From Camelus dromedarius (Eukaryota): DNA of 64,000 nucleotides. Positions 37,601-51,275 of this stretch are shown here, one piece after another. The stretch is from the NCBI RefSeq assembly GCF_036321535.1, contig NC_087437.1:39620001-39684000 (forward strand). The letters are read 5' to 3'. Below the pieces are notes generated by a model, which saw only the letters and a program-made list of their open reading frames with translations, had not been told where the DNA came from and did no database searches. A program made the position numbers and the translations under genes. Numbering within the stretch: the first letter of the stretch is position 1; each line of letters starts with the position of its first letter.

Positions 37601-38877
37601 AAAAACAAAAACAAAAAGAAACCTTCAAAATAGGCTTCCAAACTGTAAAATAATATATCCCAGATAGTGAGAGCAAGAAGTAGCCTTTAGTTTCCCCGAA
37701 CTATTCCAACTTCCTGCTTAACCATCTTATCAGAAGTTTATCTTAATAAACAGAGAGGGGCAGCGCGATACTCTGTTCTGTTCAATTCTCGGTGAGGGCA
37801 GTTCTACTTTTTTTTTTTTTTCATGGGAAAGAAGAAAATGTCAGCCAGCCAAAATACAAAGGCCAAGATTATATCTTACTACTGGCCCAATGAAGTAATA
37901 TTTTAGGAAAATTATATTTAGCCATTTATGTAGCTCATACTGGAAATCAAATCCCCAGACTGTCACAAAAGCTATTTCATATACATGCTTAATGCTGCAA
38001 ACCCTCTTCTGATCGAATCATTCTATTTTTACCTCTGTTGATTTAGCGATATCATTAAAATTAATCATTAAAATTGTCTGTTCCAACTCAGACCTTAAAA
38101 GTCAACACCAAGCCTCCCCGTTTTCTCAGAAGTAACCCTCAAATTGTATTGTTTCCCATGGTACTTAATTATAACAAATCAAATGAAGGCACAATTCAAA
38201 GGTGTACACACTTTTCTGAGTGCCAAAAATGTGAACTTGGCCAGTTTTTTTTTCACATTCTACACACAGCGGCTAATGCTCTGATGATTTCTTTACTCTG
38301 CATTCTAAGCCCGCTTTTCTAATTCTGGAAATAATGCACAAAGCTCCAAAGGTAATTCCCCCAGTAATTTACCTACGATTGGGAGAACTCAGTGTCCCCT
38401 CAAATAAAAGTAGCAGCTGGGGGATCTTTTCCCCTTCATATTATTGAAGAAGGGTGTACACTGTTGAACTCAGCAGCTGAATAGGAAAATCAAATTAAAT
38501 GTATTAACCCATTTTAAATACACTTACTGGTGCTTTTGAGATTCTACCCATAATGTCCTTTTCCACCAAGGACTGACCAACACGGTAGACGTTTTATTCT
38601 CCATTCTGAGACTACAAATTCTAAATCCAGTGGGCAACGGTTTTCATTTGTAAATTACAGAACAGTCTTCCATACGCATATAATAAAACTCCAAAATGGA
38701 TATTCTGCTTTCCATGTTGTTAAATTAATAGAAAAATTTCAAAAATGTGCTCCTAGAATTTCTTTTGATTTTTGCGTCACTGTATGCTTACAAATTCCTT
38801 GCATTATTTTAAGAATGTTCTCTTCTCTAAGTTTACACATGCATAATTTAATTTTAAACATGCCAATTTCCTACCAA

Positions 38878-38880
<3 letters not shown>

Positions 38881-38927
<47 letters not shown>
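38881..38927. repeat. (TTAT)~11 tetranucleotide microsatellite
   Basis: Read directly from the sequence. Confidence 0.97.
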
Positions 38928-40489
38928 GCAAAGGAGAAGCAATAGTGAAGATCTAGAGGAAGAAAATGCTGCAAGTAAAATGCTATTATATTTTTCTACT
39001 AGAAAGATTTGCTGAGATTATAAGAATGAATTAAATTACTTTAGTTCTCATGAAGAAACTGATTAATAACCAATAATAATTTGAAGTAGATTGTTAGATT
39101 TTCATTCATCCTGAATTCCCAGTTAGACTTTATTCATCTTGGAGACATGGCCCTTCTGATTTTTTTTAATCTCTTTTAATGCCTGGTTCTGTGGTTTGTA
39201 AACAGTAGGTACCTAATGCATGTTTGATGGAATGCAAATTTGAAATATTACATTAGAACACAGTTATTAAGCTCTTTAACATTTAGTGTGGCCATTGTAA
39301 TCCTTTAAAAAGAGAAGTGTAAAAATAATCTTTAAAATGTATTTATAAATTGATTAAAAACAAAATAAAAATAATTATAAATGAAATAAATGATTACTGG
39401 GATAAATAATGTGATACTCATTTGTCAAGAACTTACTCCATGTTACTCTGAGGCAGAGGAAGGAAATGATGAAAATGCGTTATAACAGGGATAAGAAGTT
39501 ATTCCTCAACTGCTGTGAGATGGAAAAGTCCATTAAGAGAAACAGGGAAACATGCCTGGAAGAAGTACTAGAGAAAACCATTAAGATATAGATAAAGAGG
39601 TGGGGCAAGGAAGAACTTGGCCTTAGTTTTCTCAAGGGAAGCCAGAGAACTGATTCCAGTGAAATAGAAAGTTCCCAAGAGAAAAAAACATTAATACTAA
39701 AGGAACACCAGGTCACTTCAGAATGAGCAATAGGAAATTAAACTGAATTCTGTGGGCTCCATCCAGAGTAGAGTAGAAGACAGGAAACTCATATGAAATC
39801 TAACAGGCAACTTTCAAAAGAGTTGAGGAATGAGAAACCAGGGGAACTCTCCTTTTGTACTGGATGTTATAAATTTTTATTAAGAGGAATATATGCAAAA
39901 AATGTTCTTTAATGTCTGCCTATGATTTGACCTGACACAGAGATCTGTTCATTTTTAAGAAGTAGTATGTTTAAGAACAGGTTTAAGAACCTCGTATCAG
40001 GTAATGTAATCATGCTACCTCCAAAGACACGGATTTAATTCTTTGAGTTGTCTTAGACAGATTACTATCTATTTTATTCAGCATAATGTTACCCAGTATT
40101 CTACAAAATCCTGACAAATGCCAATTTCTTTTCTTTCTTTCCATTATATTATGGGTTTTTAGTTTATTGACTTCTGCAGATATCTTTGTAGATATAATTA
40201 AAGGCCTAGGAATCCAGACATTATCCCCCAAGTAAACTCAGTCTCAGAAGAAACAGATTGTGACTGCAGTTTTTTTCCTATGGATATGGAAAATGGAACA
40301 GAAAAGAGATTATATGATAAATGACATTTTAATGATTGTAATTTTATGAAATTGAAGATTTTGAATGCTCATGACTAGGAGGAAAGTAATAAACCTGAAG
40401 AATGGAAGTGAAGATTTTGTGTCCATGGATAAAGGAGTATATACTAACTATTATTTGCCATATTTGGATTCCTATCATGGTATCATGAA

Positions 40490-40710
40490 GGCCCAGTGGG
40501 TCAGGAGGCTAAGGACATAGCACTGTATTGTCCAAGCTCTGTAGCTTACCAGCAGCTGGTTGTGACAAGTCCCTTAGCCTCACAGTGAATCAGCTTCTAG
40601 ATTGGAAAAAGGGTAGAAATCTAAGTAAGGTCTCAATGCTTCTCTTATTGGATTCATGTGAACATAAAATGATATTGAATATCAGGGCACTGTATAAACT
40701 CTTAGCATAC
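40490..40710 (+). mobile_element. Degraded MIR
   Basis: ttaccagcagctggttgtgacaagtcccttagcctc...tgtgaacataaaatgata. Confidence 0.5.
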
Positions 40711-40909
40711 AGTTATCAATTAAAGGATTGTGATAATAATTATTTTATTTACAAGAAAATGTTATCTTTCCAGAGCCTACCCTTCAGGAGAGAACATATT
40801 TTTTCATTTTGGCCCTACTTGTATCATATTTATTCTCATAATTAGCAAATGCAGTAAAAACAAAAATAGCATAGGAACGAATAAATTACAGGCAAAAATG
40901 ACAACACCT

Positions 40910-41985
40910 GACACTGACAGCCACTGCCTCCTTGAGATGGTCTACTTGTTTCACATTCATGACTCACCTTCTCCTCTGGGTTCTTTTTCAGGATCCTCCA
41001 CTGGGGTCATTTTCAATCTCTCTGCTGAGTAAATGCTGGGTTTCTCCCAGGATTTTGTCTTCAGCCCATTCTCCCTTTAACATGGCCCCAGGTTGTCTTC
41101 CAGCCATTCTCAAAGCTTTACTCCTCCCTCCCCTCCTATGCTGGTAACTCCCTAACGATGTCTCTAACCACAAGCTCCCCTCTGAACTCCAGACTGGGGT
41201 ATCCAGTCATCCTAGAGGCATCTTAAAATCAGGGCGGCCAACTCTGAAAACATTTTGTGTTCACACTCTTTTTCTGGCTTGTACCATCTTAAACTCTATA
41301 CTTCTCTCACTTCCCAAATCTAGCCAACCCTCGAGCCTCATCAGCTGTATATGCTAAATATTTCTCTTATCAGGTGCTTCTCGCTGTTGCTGGTTTTCTC
41401 TCTTTTTAAGTATCACACTCAACTCCTTGCATCCAGACTTGCCTTCATTAGACCCATTCTGCCGAATGCAGCTGATGAATTAGCTTGTGTACAAATCAAA
41501 CCATGTTAATTCACTGCTCAAAATCCTTCAATGACTGTCTATTACTGACAGTCTGAAGTCAAGGAACTTAAGACGACACAACAAACACTCCATGTGGCCC
41601 CCACCAATTGTGTCAACGCAGGTCCTCTTGCCCCCTACCTTGTGCTTTGCCGTCCACAAGTACAGACCAGTCTGTAAGTCCTCGCATCCAGGTTCTGAGC
41701 CTTTGCTTTGGCAGGTCCTACTTTCTCAGCAACCCTCTCTACCCTCTATTTACCTGGTTAACTCATATTCATCATTTTAAAGATTTAATCTCAGAAATGT
41801 GTGGCAAATCCCCAAACTCCCAGTGGTAGGCATTTTGCTATGTTTCCACAGCCTCACAGCCATAAATCTATCTACATTTAAAAAATATCTATTTGTATAT
41901 ATTTATCAGTAAACGCTAAGATTTCCAAGGCAGAAAAAATGTCTTATATCTTCGTCCTTGGCTCATATTAGATGTTCAATTAAAA
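40910..41985 (+). mobile_element. L2 LINE 3' region
   Basis: ctcccctctgaactccagact..., cactgctcaaaatccttcaatgact..., taagatttccaaggcag...gtcttatatcttc. Confidence 0.75.
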
Positions 41986-42704
41986 TGGAACTAAATTTTG
42001 CACAAATCGGTACTAGCCCTACCAGTAAGCATTTTCTTCCAGCGTGGTCATACATTCCTAGTGTAAGGGACAGGAATGGACGTATGACATTAAAATTATA
42101 GAGGTTTCCTTGCTAACCCTCTAGACTGCTACAAAAGATAGGTAGAAAAAATAATAATTGTAAAGAACATAATGTGAAAAAAATCTTCATATAAAGAAAA
42201 ATCTAGACTCACTAATTTTATACCTAAATGATCAGTCATATCAATAATGTTTTAATTATGGACAATTTTTAAAAGACATTATATCCACATGAGGATAATA
42301 CAGATACATTTTTTTAAACCATGGCTCCTTGGACCTTGTAAGGAAAGGCAACAGGTCTGAGAGCGTAGAGTGGTGTCCACCTGAAGGTATATTTGGAGAA
42401 AGCAATTTATCAGCACAAGACAAGGCCATTCCTTTCTTATCTTCCCTTCTCAACCTGACACATTGTATTTTAAAATTAAACAGAAGAATATGCTGCTTCC
42501 CAGGGATTTAAACAACCATCTGGCATATTACTCACATGGCCACTGCTGCCCATTACTTAAGAAATCAAGCACGGCTTTATTCACAGAAACCAGGCATGAA
42601 GACAACTTCTTAAAACTCAGGCTTCTAAACACAGACTCTCTTCTGGTAATCATTGAGTGCCTTTTCTGTCACCTTCACTCACTGACTGGGTGGATATTTA
42701 CCTA

Positions 42705-42870
42705 CTTTGGTGTAGAGAGTAGAGACTTGAGTCTGAAATTGGACAGATTGTGTCTCAATCCTGCCTCTTTTGTTTTTTATTTCTAGCTTTATGATCTTCA
42801 AAAGGTACCCAACCCTTCCAAGCCTTTCTCCTCATCTACAACATGGGAATAACAATAAAAGCCAGCACTT
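42705..42870 (+). mobile_element. MIR fragment
   Basis: gacagattgtgtctcaatcctgcctct...ctcatctacaacatgggaataacaata. Confidence 0.6.
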
Positions 42871-43084
42871 AAAATGGGCCAGGCATATTTTGATGGCTTT
42901 GTGAATATGATCTGATATAACTAAAATTCTCCTAACAATCCTGACAAATATCATTATTACAGCTGAGGAGACGGGGGGTCCCAGTGGCAGATTTGAATGG
43001 TCTGTCTCTAGAGTTCTGGACTGTAGTTTTATGTTCTCCTCTTTCTCTATACTCATTTCACAATGTTTGCATAAAGATCAAATA

Positions 43085-43310
43085 CAGTTGACCCTTGAAC
43101 AACATGGGAGGGTTAGGGGGACCCACCCTCTGCATAGTCAAAAACCTGCATATAACTTTACAGTCAGCTCTCCCTACCTGCGGTTCCACATCTGCAGATC
43201 AACCATCTGGGGCTCTGGATCATGTAATACCACAGTACATATTTATTGAAAAAAATACACATACAAGTGGACCCACGCAGTCCAAACCCATGTTGTTCGA
43301 GGGTCAATTC
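43085..43310. mobile_element. Tigger2-family MITE (Tc1/mariner-pogo) with both terminal inverted repeats and TA target duplication
   Basis: Left TIR cagttgacccttgaacaacatggg and right TIR cccatgttgttcgagggtcaattc are complementary at 21 of 24 positions. TA flanks both ends (43083-43084 and 43311-43312). Confidence 0.93.
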
Positions 43311-43734
43311 TATTTTAATAGGAGTAAAATACTCGTGATGGATAGATAATCAACAAACGATTCCCTCCAGCTTTTCCAGACACTCTTCTCTACCTTGCAT
43401 GCCAGCCCCTCACCCAAACAGCTAGGCACGGCCTTGCACTGCCAAAGCTAAACACCACCAAGCGAATAAAGATGACCAATGAAGACTCAAGGGGAAGCCA
43501 CAGAGTCAAGCTGGGCTTCCATAAAGTCTGAAGTCTAATTCCTATTCATTTGATTCTGTTGGATTTCTGCAGCATGTATCAGTAGGCTCTAACCTGGAGG
43601 AAGCAACAGGGAAGCCTCTCCAGGAAAGGAGGTTTAATATGAGATGTGAAATATAAGAATGAGAGAGCCATGTGCAAGAGAAACACAGTCTGAGAGGACA
43701 GCTTTTGGAGTTATGTGTTCTGTTCCTGGCTTCC

Positions 43735-43870
43735 TGACTAGTTTATAGACATCAAGAGGGTACAAAACACATCTATTTTATCCTCTGACATAGCCCTTCA
43801 CAGTCAGCATGGTGCCTGGCAGTCAATGCTCAATAGATATTGAACGGGCGAGTCAATGAACGAATGAACA
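43735..43870 (+). mobile_element. L2 3' terminus
   Basis: agcatggtgcctggcagtcaatgctcaatagatattgaa...aatgaacgaatgaa. Confidence 0.8.
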
Positions 43871-43899
43871 TATATGTACAAAGTGAGTGACAGACTGTG

Positions 43900-44090
43900 G
43901 GCAGTTTAAGGAACTGAGAGAGGACCAGTTTGGCAAAGAATGGAGAGAGGTGGTAGGCAGAGGAGTTTGCAGAAGCCAGATGATGGAGGGCCTCGTAAGT
44001 GATGACGTAAGTTTTGAGCTTTCTCATGAATGCAGTGGAGAACCATTGGAGGGTTTTGACAGAGGAGAGCCATAATCAGATTTGGGTTTT
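43900..44090 (-). mobile_element. L2 fragment
   Basis: gccagatgatggagggcctcgtaag...gcagtggagaaccattggagggttttgac...ataatcagattt. Confidence 0.7.
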
Positions 44091-46628
44091 TTTTAATACT
44101 ACTTGTGAAATTGGTAATGTGCCTTAACTCTCAAATAGAGCAGAGTCAAGATACCACCATCAAGAAGGACTTTGGTTCCTCAGAGTCAATCCTACCACAT
44201 TTCAGTGGGTTCTACAGGCATCAGCTAGAAGTTGGGTGCTCAGGTGGGGAAAGTAGTTTATGGCCAGGAAAGCAGCAGAAGATTCTGGCCGTGTATTATT
44301 TAGTGGAATCTGGGGGTGTTTGTCGGCTAAGATAAAATTCACTAAATACATACTATCTTTAAAACAGTTGTGTCCACATGCTAGGTCCTCCCGTGTTTAA
44401 TATTTCAAAATGAATTTTTAAAATATAAATTGTTCAGTTCTTTCTCTCTGCATTAATTTCTAGGTAGTGATAAATCCTACGGTATGTTACACTAGCTATC
44501 CAATGCCAAAGTTTTATTGTTTTTCTTATAACTTGTGAGACTATAAAGCTCCCTGGAAACAATCACTAAACTGTCCCTTTTGTAAGGTTGCTAACCTTTA
44601 GTAACACTGAACACCTCTTGCTGCACAAAGTTTTCATGGGACATTCAGATTAGGCACTATTAATCACGAAATTACAGAGTGTTAAACATCATGAAAAGTT
44701 CAGTTTGGGATACTCTATACCTACATTATTTATTTAGCAAAGTCATAAAACATAAATGTGTTCTAAAAAAATGAACAAAAACAAAAGGGTGATTAAAATC
44801 TCTTTGACATGCACTTGAAAGGCAAAATTTTTTTTTCTTATAAGAGGAATGTACTTTTTAAAAAGTATCTAAGCCTATTCACACAGCCTTTCTCTCCACT
44901 GTATAGAGCTGTATTGTGTCAGCCATGCCTTTCTTTGCAATTTATGTTTAAACAAATTTTAGACACCACAAACAGACCTTTGCTGTATGAAATAAACCGT
45001 GAGATATTAATGCGAAAGCTATTGTGCTGAGAGCTCAGAAACCCTACACTTCCACTCTCAATGTCAGTGTTAAAAGAGATTTTAGTAATGGCAAAGCCAG
45101 TCAACAGGGAATAATTAAACTCAAGTTGTCTGAGATTTGCTGTGATGTGTGGAATGATAGTTTCCAACCCAGCTGCTGCAGAATGTTTGCCTAAGAAGCA
45201 AGAGTGTGGTTGACCAGGGGCTAAGGTTCAGATGAAATGCAATGAAAAAGCTCATTGACCTCTGAAACAATAGGTGGGACCTACTTGAATAATAAAATCA
45301 ACACAAAGTCAACAGTTATATAAGGCTGTACCAACAGGGCCATCTCCGTAGCATGCCACCGAAAGTTTTTCAAAGGAGAGAATTTCTTTGCAGTAAACTG
45401 ACAAATATCTATGTTGGGCACCTTTTACCAGCTCTTCAAGGTGTAGGCTGGCAACTGTCATCAACAAAACCCTTCAGAAGGGCCTCAGTTCCCCTTTCCT
45501 GAAAAAGTTCTTCAAATTCAACTCGTTAAAAGGACATATTATATTTCTCTCAGTCGTGCGGTTGGTCTCTCTTTTTCAGCTGTCGGCTTAGCAGGCAGGA
45601 GCACTCACTGACAGCATGGTGTCTCCTGAGTCCCCCCAGCCCCACGCCATCTCTGTCCCAGACCCACAGCAGCCTGAGTCGTTCACTGTGAAACCGAGTC
45701 GCTGGGAATGTAGTCAACATCGATCGGCAGGGCAGACGAAGAAGAAAGGCTCTGTGTGAGCCAGCACGTTGTTTTCCTTCAGGAATTCCTTTTTAATTTT
45801 ACTAGTTTTTCCATTGTCTGGCATTTCTAATATGGTCACAAAATAAAAAGGCAATTATTTACCTCTCTTTCCTATCTACAGCACCCTAAGCCTCCGGTCT
45901 AATATGATTTCCATTTAGAAAATATTTATGTAGCCATTTACAAGGCCTTATAAAGCTAAGGCATGCCAAGATAGCTCAGATGTTCAATTTACTGTGGCTA
46001 GGCTCAGTTGGCACTAAATCAAAAGGTTTTACTATCTAATTTTAATGTCAATATTCATATTTGTACACATACATGCAATAGACAGGCACACACTGTATGT
46101 GGTGCACAAGTGTCTTTAGGTATGTGTGGTTATTTCGATGCACAGGGTACTTACATACCGACTGGCTAGTAAGTCACCGAGATCAACTTGTAATAACCCA
46201 GAAGAGAAATGGCCTCCTGCTACTTATCACATGTCCTGTTAAAATGTCCCTTCCCTTGATCATCTCCTCTCACATATCAAATCTGAGAGGAATATTTTTA
46301 GATCATAGGTATTTGAGTTGCATGGGACAAAAGATGAAAGAATTTTATTTTTTCTTCATCAGTATTAGAGCCTCCTCACTTCCTTTTCTTCTCATTCGTC
46401 TCGACCATCAAACAGACTTGCACATCCTTATTGCATATCTGAAGGAGGGAAGGCATTTCCCAAGACTCTGTATCGAAAGTCCTAAATCCAAGGGATTTCA
46501 AACATTTGATTCAGTACATATTTACTAAGCAGCTACCATGGTGTCAGCACTTTTAAGTAGATTTCACATCACAAATAAAAAGGCAGGAAACTTCAAATTC
46601 TTTAGGAAGGTGAGCTAATAATAGTAAA

Positions 46629-46860
46629 ATAACAGCTGCTAACATGGATGAGTTCTTACGACGTGCTCGGCACTGTGCTTGTCTTTACCTAAGACTGCTC
46701 AGTGTACTCTTCACAACCAACCTGTGAGGCACATAGTGTTATTACTGTCATTTTATAGTCAAAGTAATGAAGAACAGAGATGTCAAGTAACTTGCAAAAA
46801 GTCACACAGACTAATGAGCCAGTCTGGCTTCAGGTTTGAATTTTTAGATGCTTGACGTCA
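46629..46860 (-). mobile_element. MIR SINE
   Basis: ggcactgtgct...tcttcacaaccaacctgtgagg...ttttatag...aagtaacttgcaaaaagtcacacag. Confidence 0.85.
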
Positions 46861-46885
46861 GTGCCTTTCTGTAGACATATCTAGG

Positions 46886-47092
46886 CCTAAGCTGTCCAAT
46901 ATGGTGTCCTCTAGCCACATGAAGCTATTCAAATTTAAACATTCATTAATTAAATTTAAAATTTTAAATTCAGTTCCTCAGTCACACTAGCCATATAGTT
47001 CAATAGCCACATGAGGCCAGTGCCAAATGTACTGAACAATGCAGATATAGAACATTTCTTATCTTTGCAGAAAGCCCGATTCATCAGTACTG
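46886..47092. mobile_element. MER3-like hAT-Charlie MITE
   Basis: gctgtccaatatggt...tagccacatg...aaattcagttcctcagtcacactagcca...gcagatatagaacattt...gcagaaag. Confidence 0.85.
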
Positions 47093-47454
47093 ACAAAAAA
47101 ATCAGTAATAGTGCCAGGGGAAAAGTTCATCTCTTGACTCCACACACATTAGGTTAATGAAACTGGCAAAAAGAAACATATGAACAAAAATTCTACTAAA
47201 AAAAGTCTAGATTTTAATTATGCCTTCAAATTTAAGCAATACCATTTATCTGCTCTTCCTTCCTAGTGTGTTAACTTTGTAAGGTGAGGATCTGAAAAGT
47301 ACCACAGACGTATGTGCCACAGAAACAGCCTGGGTGACAGTGGTGCCCAGAGGTCCTAGACAGGATGCTTAAACTAAAGCTATATCTGCACCTATCAGGA
47401 AAGAAGCCATCTAAGCTGAAACAACCTGGAATACTGGGGAAAAGCTTATGGAGG

Positions 47455-47650
47455 CACTTGATTATGGGGTCAGGTGTCTGGCATTCAGACTTTCCTCCCC
47501 CAACTCTCTGGTTCTGTGACCTTGAGCAAAGTCTCAGCTTTCCCAACTGTGCAATGGGGCTGATAATGTCTCCTTTGTGGGGTCTTACAAGAATTAAGTG
47601 AAATCCATGTAGAGTTCCTGCTCAGAGGAGGCTCTTAGAAAATGTCTTAC
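47455..47650 (+). mobile_element. MIR fragment
   Basis: ctgtgaccttgagcaaagtctcagctttcccaactgtgcaatggggctgataat. Confidence 0.75.
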
Positions 47651-47981
47651 ATGTATTTGAAGACAAGAAATGCAAATCAAAGCTATACAACAAAATAAAG
47701 AGGGATAGGAAGAGGGATCACTTAGGCAGGTGCTAGAGCTGCTTGAACTGAGTCTAAACATTTACAGAGCTGATATGCTTGTGATTAATTACCACAGAAG
47801 GTCACTAGCTGAAAGGCATTTGGCAGGGCGTAATGTAAAATAGAGCTGCCAAGGCTAACAGCTATTATTAAATGTCTGCATACTTTAACGACCATGCTTA
47901 GCACTTTTAGTCTCACTTTATTCAAGGGACCATCACCACACTCCTGTTATTTTGTATGACTGTTATTTCATAAAGAGAAGC

Positions 47982-48106
47982 AGGTTTTGGGGCCTCACCC
48001 TGGAAGGTTCTAAATCAGTAGATCCGAGGTTGAGTCCAGAAATTTGCATTTTAAAACAGTATCCTGATTTTTGATGCATGGGGTCCATGAACCACGCTTT
48101 GAAAAA
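47982..48106. mobile_element. MER5A half element (hAT-Charlie)
   Basis: gggcctcaccc...ttctaaatcagtagatcc...agaaatttgcattttaa...gaaccacgctttgaaaa. Confidence 0.75.
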
Positions 48107-48649
48107 AGTCAAGAGATTCAACTTTAAAGCAGGGAAGCAAGTTGTGAGTCTACATCTGCAGGGATGCTGTCTAGCAATGTGAGGCCTGGGAGAACTCACA
48201 AGTGCAGGAAAATTGCCTTTAATTTGGGCAGCACAGAGGTTAAGCCCATGTGCCAAAGTTATACACTTTTCTTAAAAGAGAGTCATTTAGTGCCAATTTA
48301 CTTTGATTTAGGACAAGAATCCAACAAGTTTGGCTATCTGGTTTCCTGGACTAATGATTTTAGAGACGTATTCATCCTTACGGCAACATTATAGAAGCCA
48401 CAGGGCTCAAAGATGTGCGCTTCAAATATCTGGAGAATTCATTTCTCCGCAACTTTAACTTCCCTAATTTGCATTCACAAAGAAGATATTAACTGAACAC
48501 TTGTGAATATTCAGATATTTGGTCCAAAACATATTTGGCTAAATGGAGGTTGTTGAGACTGAGCAGTGAATGGAAGAGAGGTCAGCATCAGACTTGTGCT
48601 CCTCCCTTGGGTCCACAGCTGCACAGCAAGGAGGCTTTTTTTGAATTAG

Positions 48650-48765
48650 CATCTCTGAGCCTCACTGTCCTCATCTGTAAAGGGGAGGCAACATAGTACT
48701 TACCTCACTATCTTTCATGAGGTCATAGGAGTGAAGTGCATAGCAGTGTCTGCCACACAGTAACA
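48650..48765 (+). mobile_element. MIR fragment
   Basis: tctctgagcctcactgtcctcatctgtaaagggg...tagtacttacctc. Confidence 0.8.
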
Positions 48766-49379
48766 AGAGCACGCTGCTGCTGCCCCTCCAGCGAGACAAT
48801 GGGGACGGAGAGGGCTGGCAGAGCCAGAAAGATGATCCATGGAGGGAAAACACCATGGGAGGGAATGGACAAAAGTACTTATTGCCATAGTCGGGATCGC
48901 CAAAGAAAATGAAGAGACTCTGGGCTTCCACCCTTCTCCCTGAGATCTATTCTCTCATTCCATCAATTCAGCAATGAATCTGCAGTAGGTTTCAATCCAG
49001 TTAGATTAATGTTTTATCACAGATTATTATAATTACTATAGATTATAAATTAATCCCTTATTATTCTGAGAATCTCTGTGAGACCCCATTGCCCTGACTC
49101 AGACTTCCCCCCTTTTAACCCATTCTTCACTTGACTTTAAGATCAATCATCCTAAACACCTAAAATATCGTTCTTGATATTTCACTCTTTTGCCCCTGAA
49201 ATCTCCTTTGGCTTGGTCATTGCAACAACAGCAGGAGGAGGAGGAGCAGCCTTATCTCACGTGAACAGAGCAGCACCTCCTGCATCGCAGATGCTGGGCT
49301 ACCAGCTGGGGTACAAACATAAGTAAGACTCACTCTGTGCCATGGGGGGTGGGGGTGAGAAGCAATCTGGGGGTGGAGG

Positions 49380-50600
49380 CAACTGATGTGGTAAGGATTG
49401 TAGAAGAGATTCATGAAGAATGTCTCCCTGCAGGTTCCTCTCTCAGAGACAGCTATGAGAGCAAGATTTAAGTTGAATCATCAGGAATTTGCCAGGGAGA
49501 GAAAGTGAAGAAAGTGGAGAGCAAACACAGGGGACTTCAAGGGGGGAAATCAGCACACACAAAGACAGGGAGCCGTGGAGGAGCACAGTGCTGTCAGGAG
49601 GACTCTGAGTGAACGAAGATTAGGGGAGGGCGGCGGGGGGTAGTTTGCAGCTAAATCACTAAGGGTCATGTACATCAGGCTATAGAGTTTGGCTTCCTAA
49701 TTTTTGAAGTTTTTCAGCCTCAGAATACCTTTCTTCCCCTAAACAAAATCTTAGAGTAGTGCCGTAAGCAAATAAAAGACTAGCTTTGGTTTGATGTTTA
49801 GAAAGGCTGTTCTTGAATGGAAGGGAGACCATTAAGAGCATTCTTATACAGTCTTAGCAATAGATGGTGAAGCTCTGAATTAAGGGAAAGGCAGTATGAT
49901 TTGAGAGGATCAGGCAGAATCAAGAAACATCTCTGGAGTGTAGAGTATAAAATTTGGCAAATCACTGAACATGGGTGAAGGGAAAATGAAATGCAAGAAG
50001 CCAAGGCAGACTTACAAGTGCTAGCTTGAAAAACAAGGTAGATGATGAAAATATTAATGCAATGGGAATAAGGGGAGGGAGGATGGATTTTACTTCATTT
50101 GAAGTGGGGCAAGACACTCAGGTAGAGATGTTCAGCAAGAGGTTTGGAACTGTAGGTGTGGAGCCTAAGATAATGTTTTGGGAGTCCTTAATGGATACAT
50201 CGATGGCATTTTAATCACCCAGGGAAATCAGGAAGGAAGGACATTTGGCTGAAGGAAGGACAGCCAAAGTCTGGAGCCTGGGGACCGTTTGAGCTCTGTG
50301 AAGGGGCAGATAAGGAGAACCCTGAAAAGGAGACAGAATTAGAGGGGGACCCAGAAGTAAGCAGTGGTCCAGAAGCCAGAGGAAGAATAGGGTCTAAGAA
50401 AGAGAGAACTGTCCTGAGAAAGAACATCACAGTGGACCAAAGACTGACAAACACACTGGATTTGGCTGTTGGGGATCATTACTGCCCTTTTCAAGTATTA
50501 CAGGCAAAATGGAGGTTGCCATAAGCTGAAGACAGAATGGAAATTGAAGAACTAGAGACAGATGGTATAGACTATTTGTTCATGGAGAAAAGGAAAGCAA
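49380..50600 (-). mobile_element. L2 LINE fragments (antisense)
   Basis: Purine-rich L2-like segments such as gtagagatgttcagcaagaggtttggaa and tggtccagaagccagaggaaga, ctggatttggctgttggggatcatt. Confidence 0.7.
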
Positions 50601-50859
50601 GAAGGTAATCTATAAACATGCTACTTATTTTTCAAAAGCTTCCCTGAAGACTTCTTTGCTTCCTGTGGTCCATGATGACCATTTCTCCTCTAAACCCCAA
50701 GGGAAGTTCATAATCTGAATTCTTTGCTTTAGGACTTCTCATTCTATAACTCACTATCCTAGATTATTCTATTATAATTAAGTATTATCTTGTAAACTTC
50801 ATAGCTCCTAATGGAGTTTTACAAGCATCAATTTATCTTTAAAGGGAATTCAAATCAGT

Positions 50860-51275
50860 CTTTCTTTCACTGCTCTCTGCCTTCCCACACTCAAACTGAA
50901 CTGCTGTTAGTGCATGGGCTCCATTATGCTTTCTCTTGCCTCTGGGCTAATACCTGAACATTCTTCTCTGCTACTATGTAACTCTCCTTCATTGGAATAA
51001 AGTTAATCATCCTTCAAGTGTTGGTTTAGAGATACTCCCTCAAGGAAACCTTCTCTGACTCCCTCTAGATTTTGATGCATGTCCCTCCCAAATGTCGCCC
51101 ATATCCAATAGCCCATATCTTTGCCATGACAGCATGGTACTAGTTCAGTTGGCTGTATTCCTCCTGAGGGACCGGACTCCCTGAGGGCATGGAAGGAATC
51201 TGATTTAGTTATGGTTTATCTCCAATACCTAGCTTAGATGAGTAGTAACTGGCCCAGAATATGGACTGAAATATC
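50860..51275 (+). mobile_element. L2 3' region followed by a purine-rich (GGAA)-like tract at about 51280-51380
   Basis: tcatccttcaag...ctccctcaaggaaaccttctctgac...actccctgagggcatgga...tttatctccaatacctagc. Confidence 0.65.

Noticed and set aside
39500..39950. Possible CR1/L3 remnant
   Set aside because: Only a vague resemblance; needs a profile HMM search.
46097..46528. 143-aa ORF
   Set aside because: No recognisable domain, coding bias or gene structure; consistent with a chance intronic ORF.
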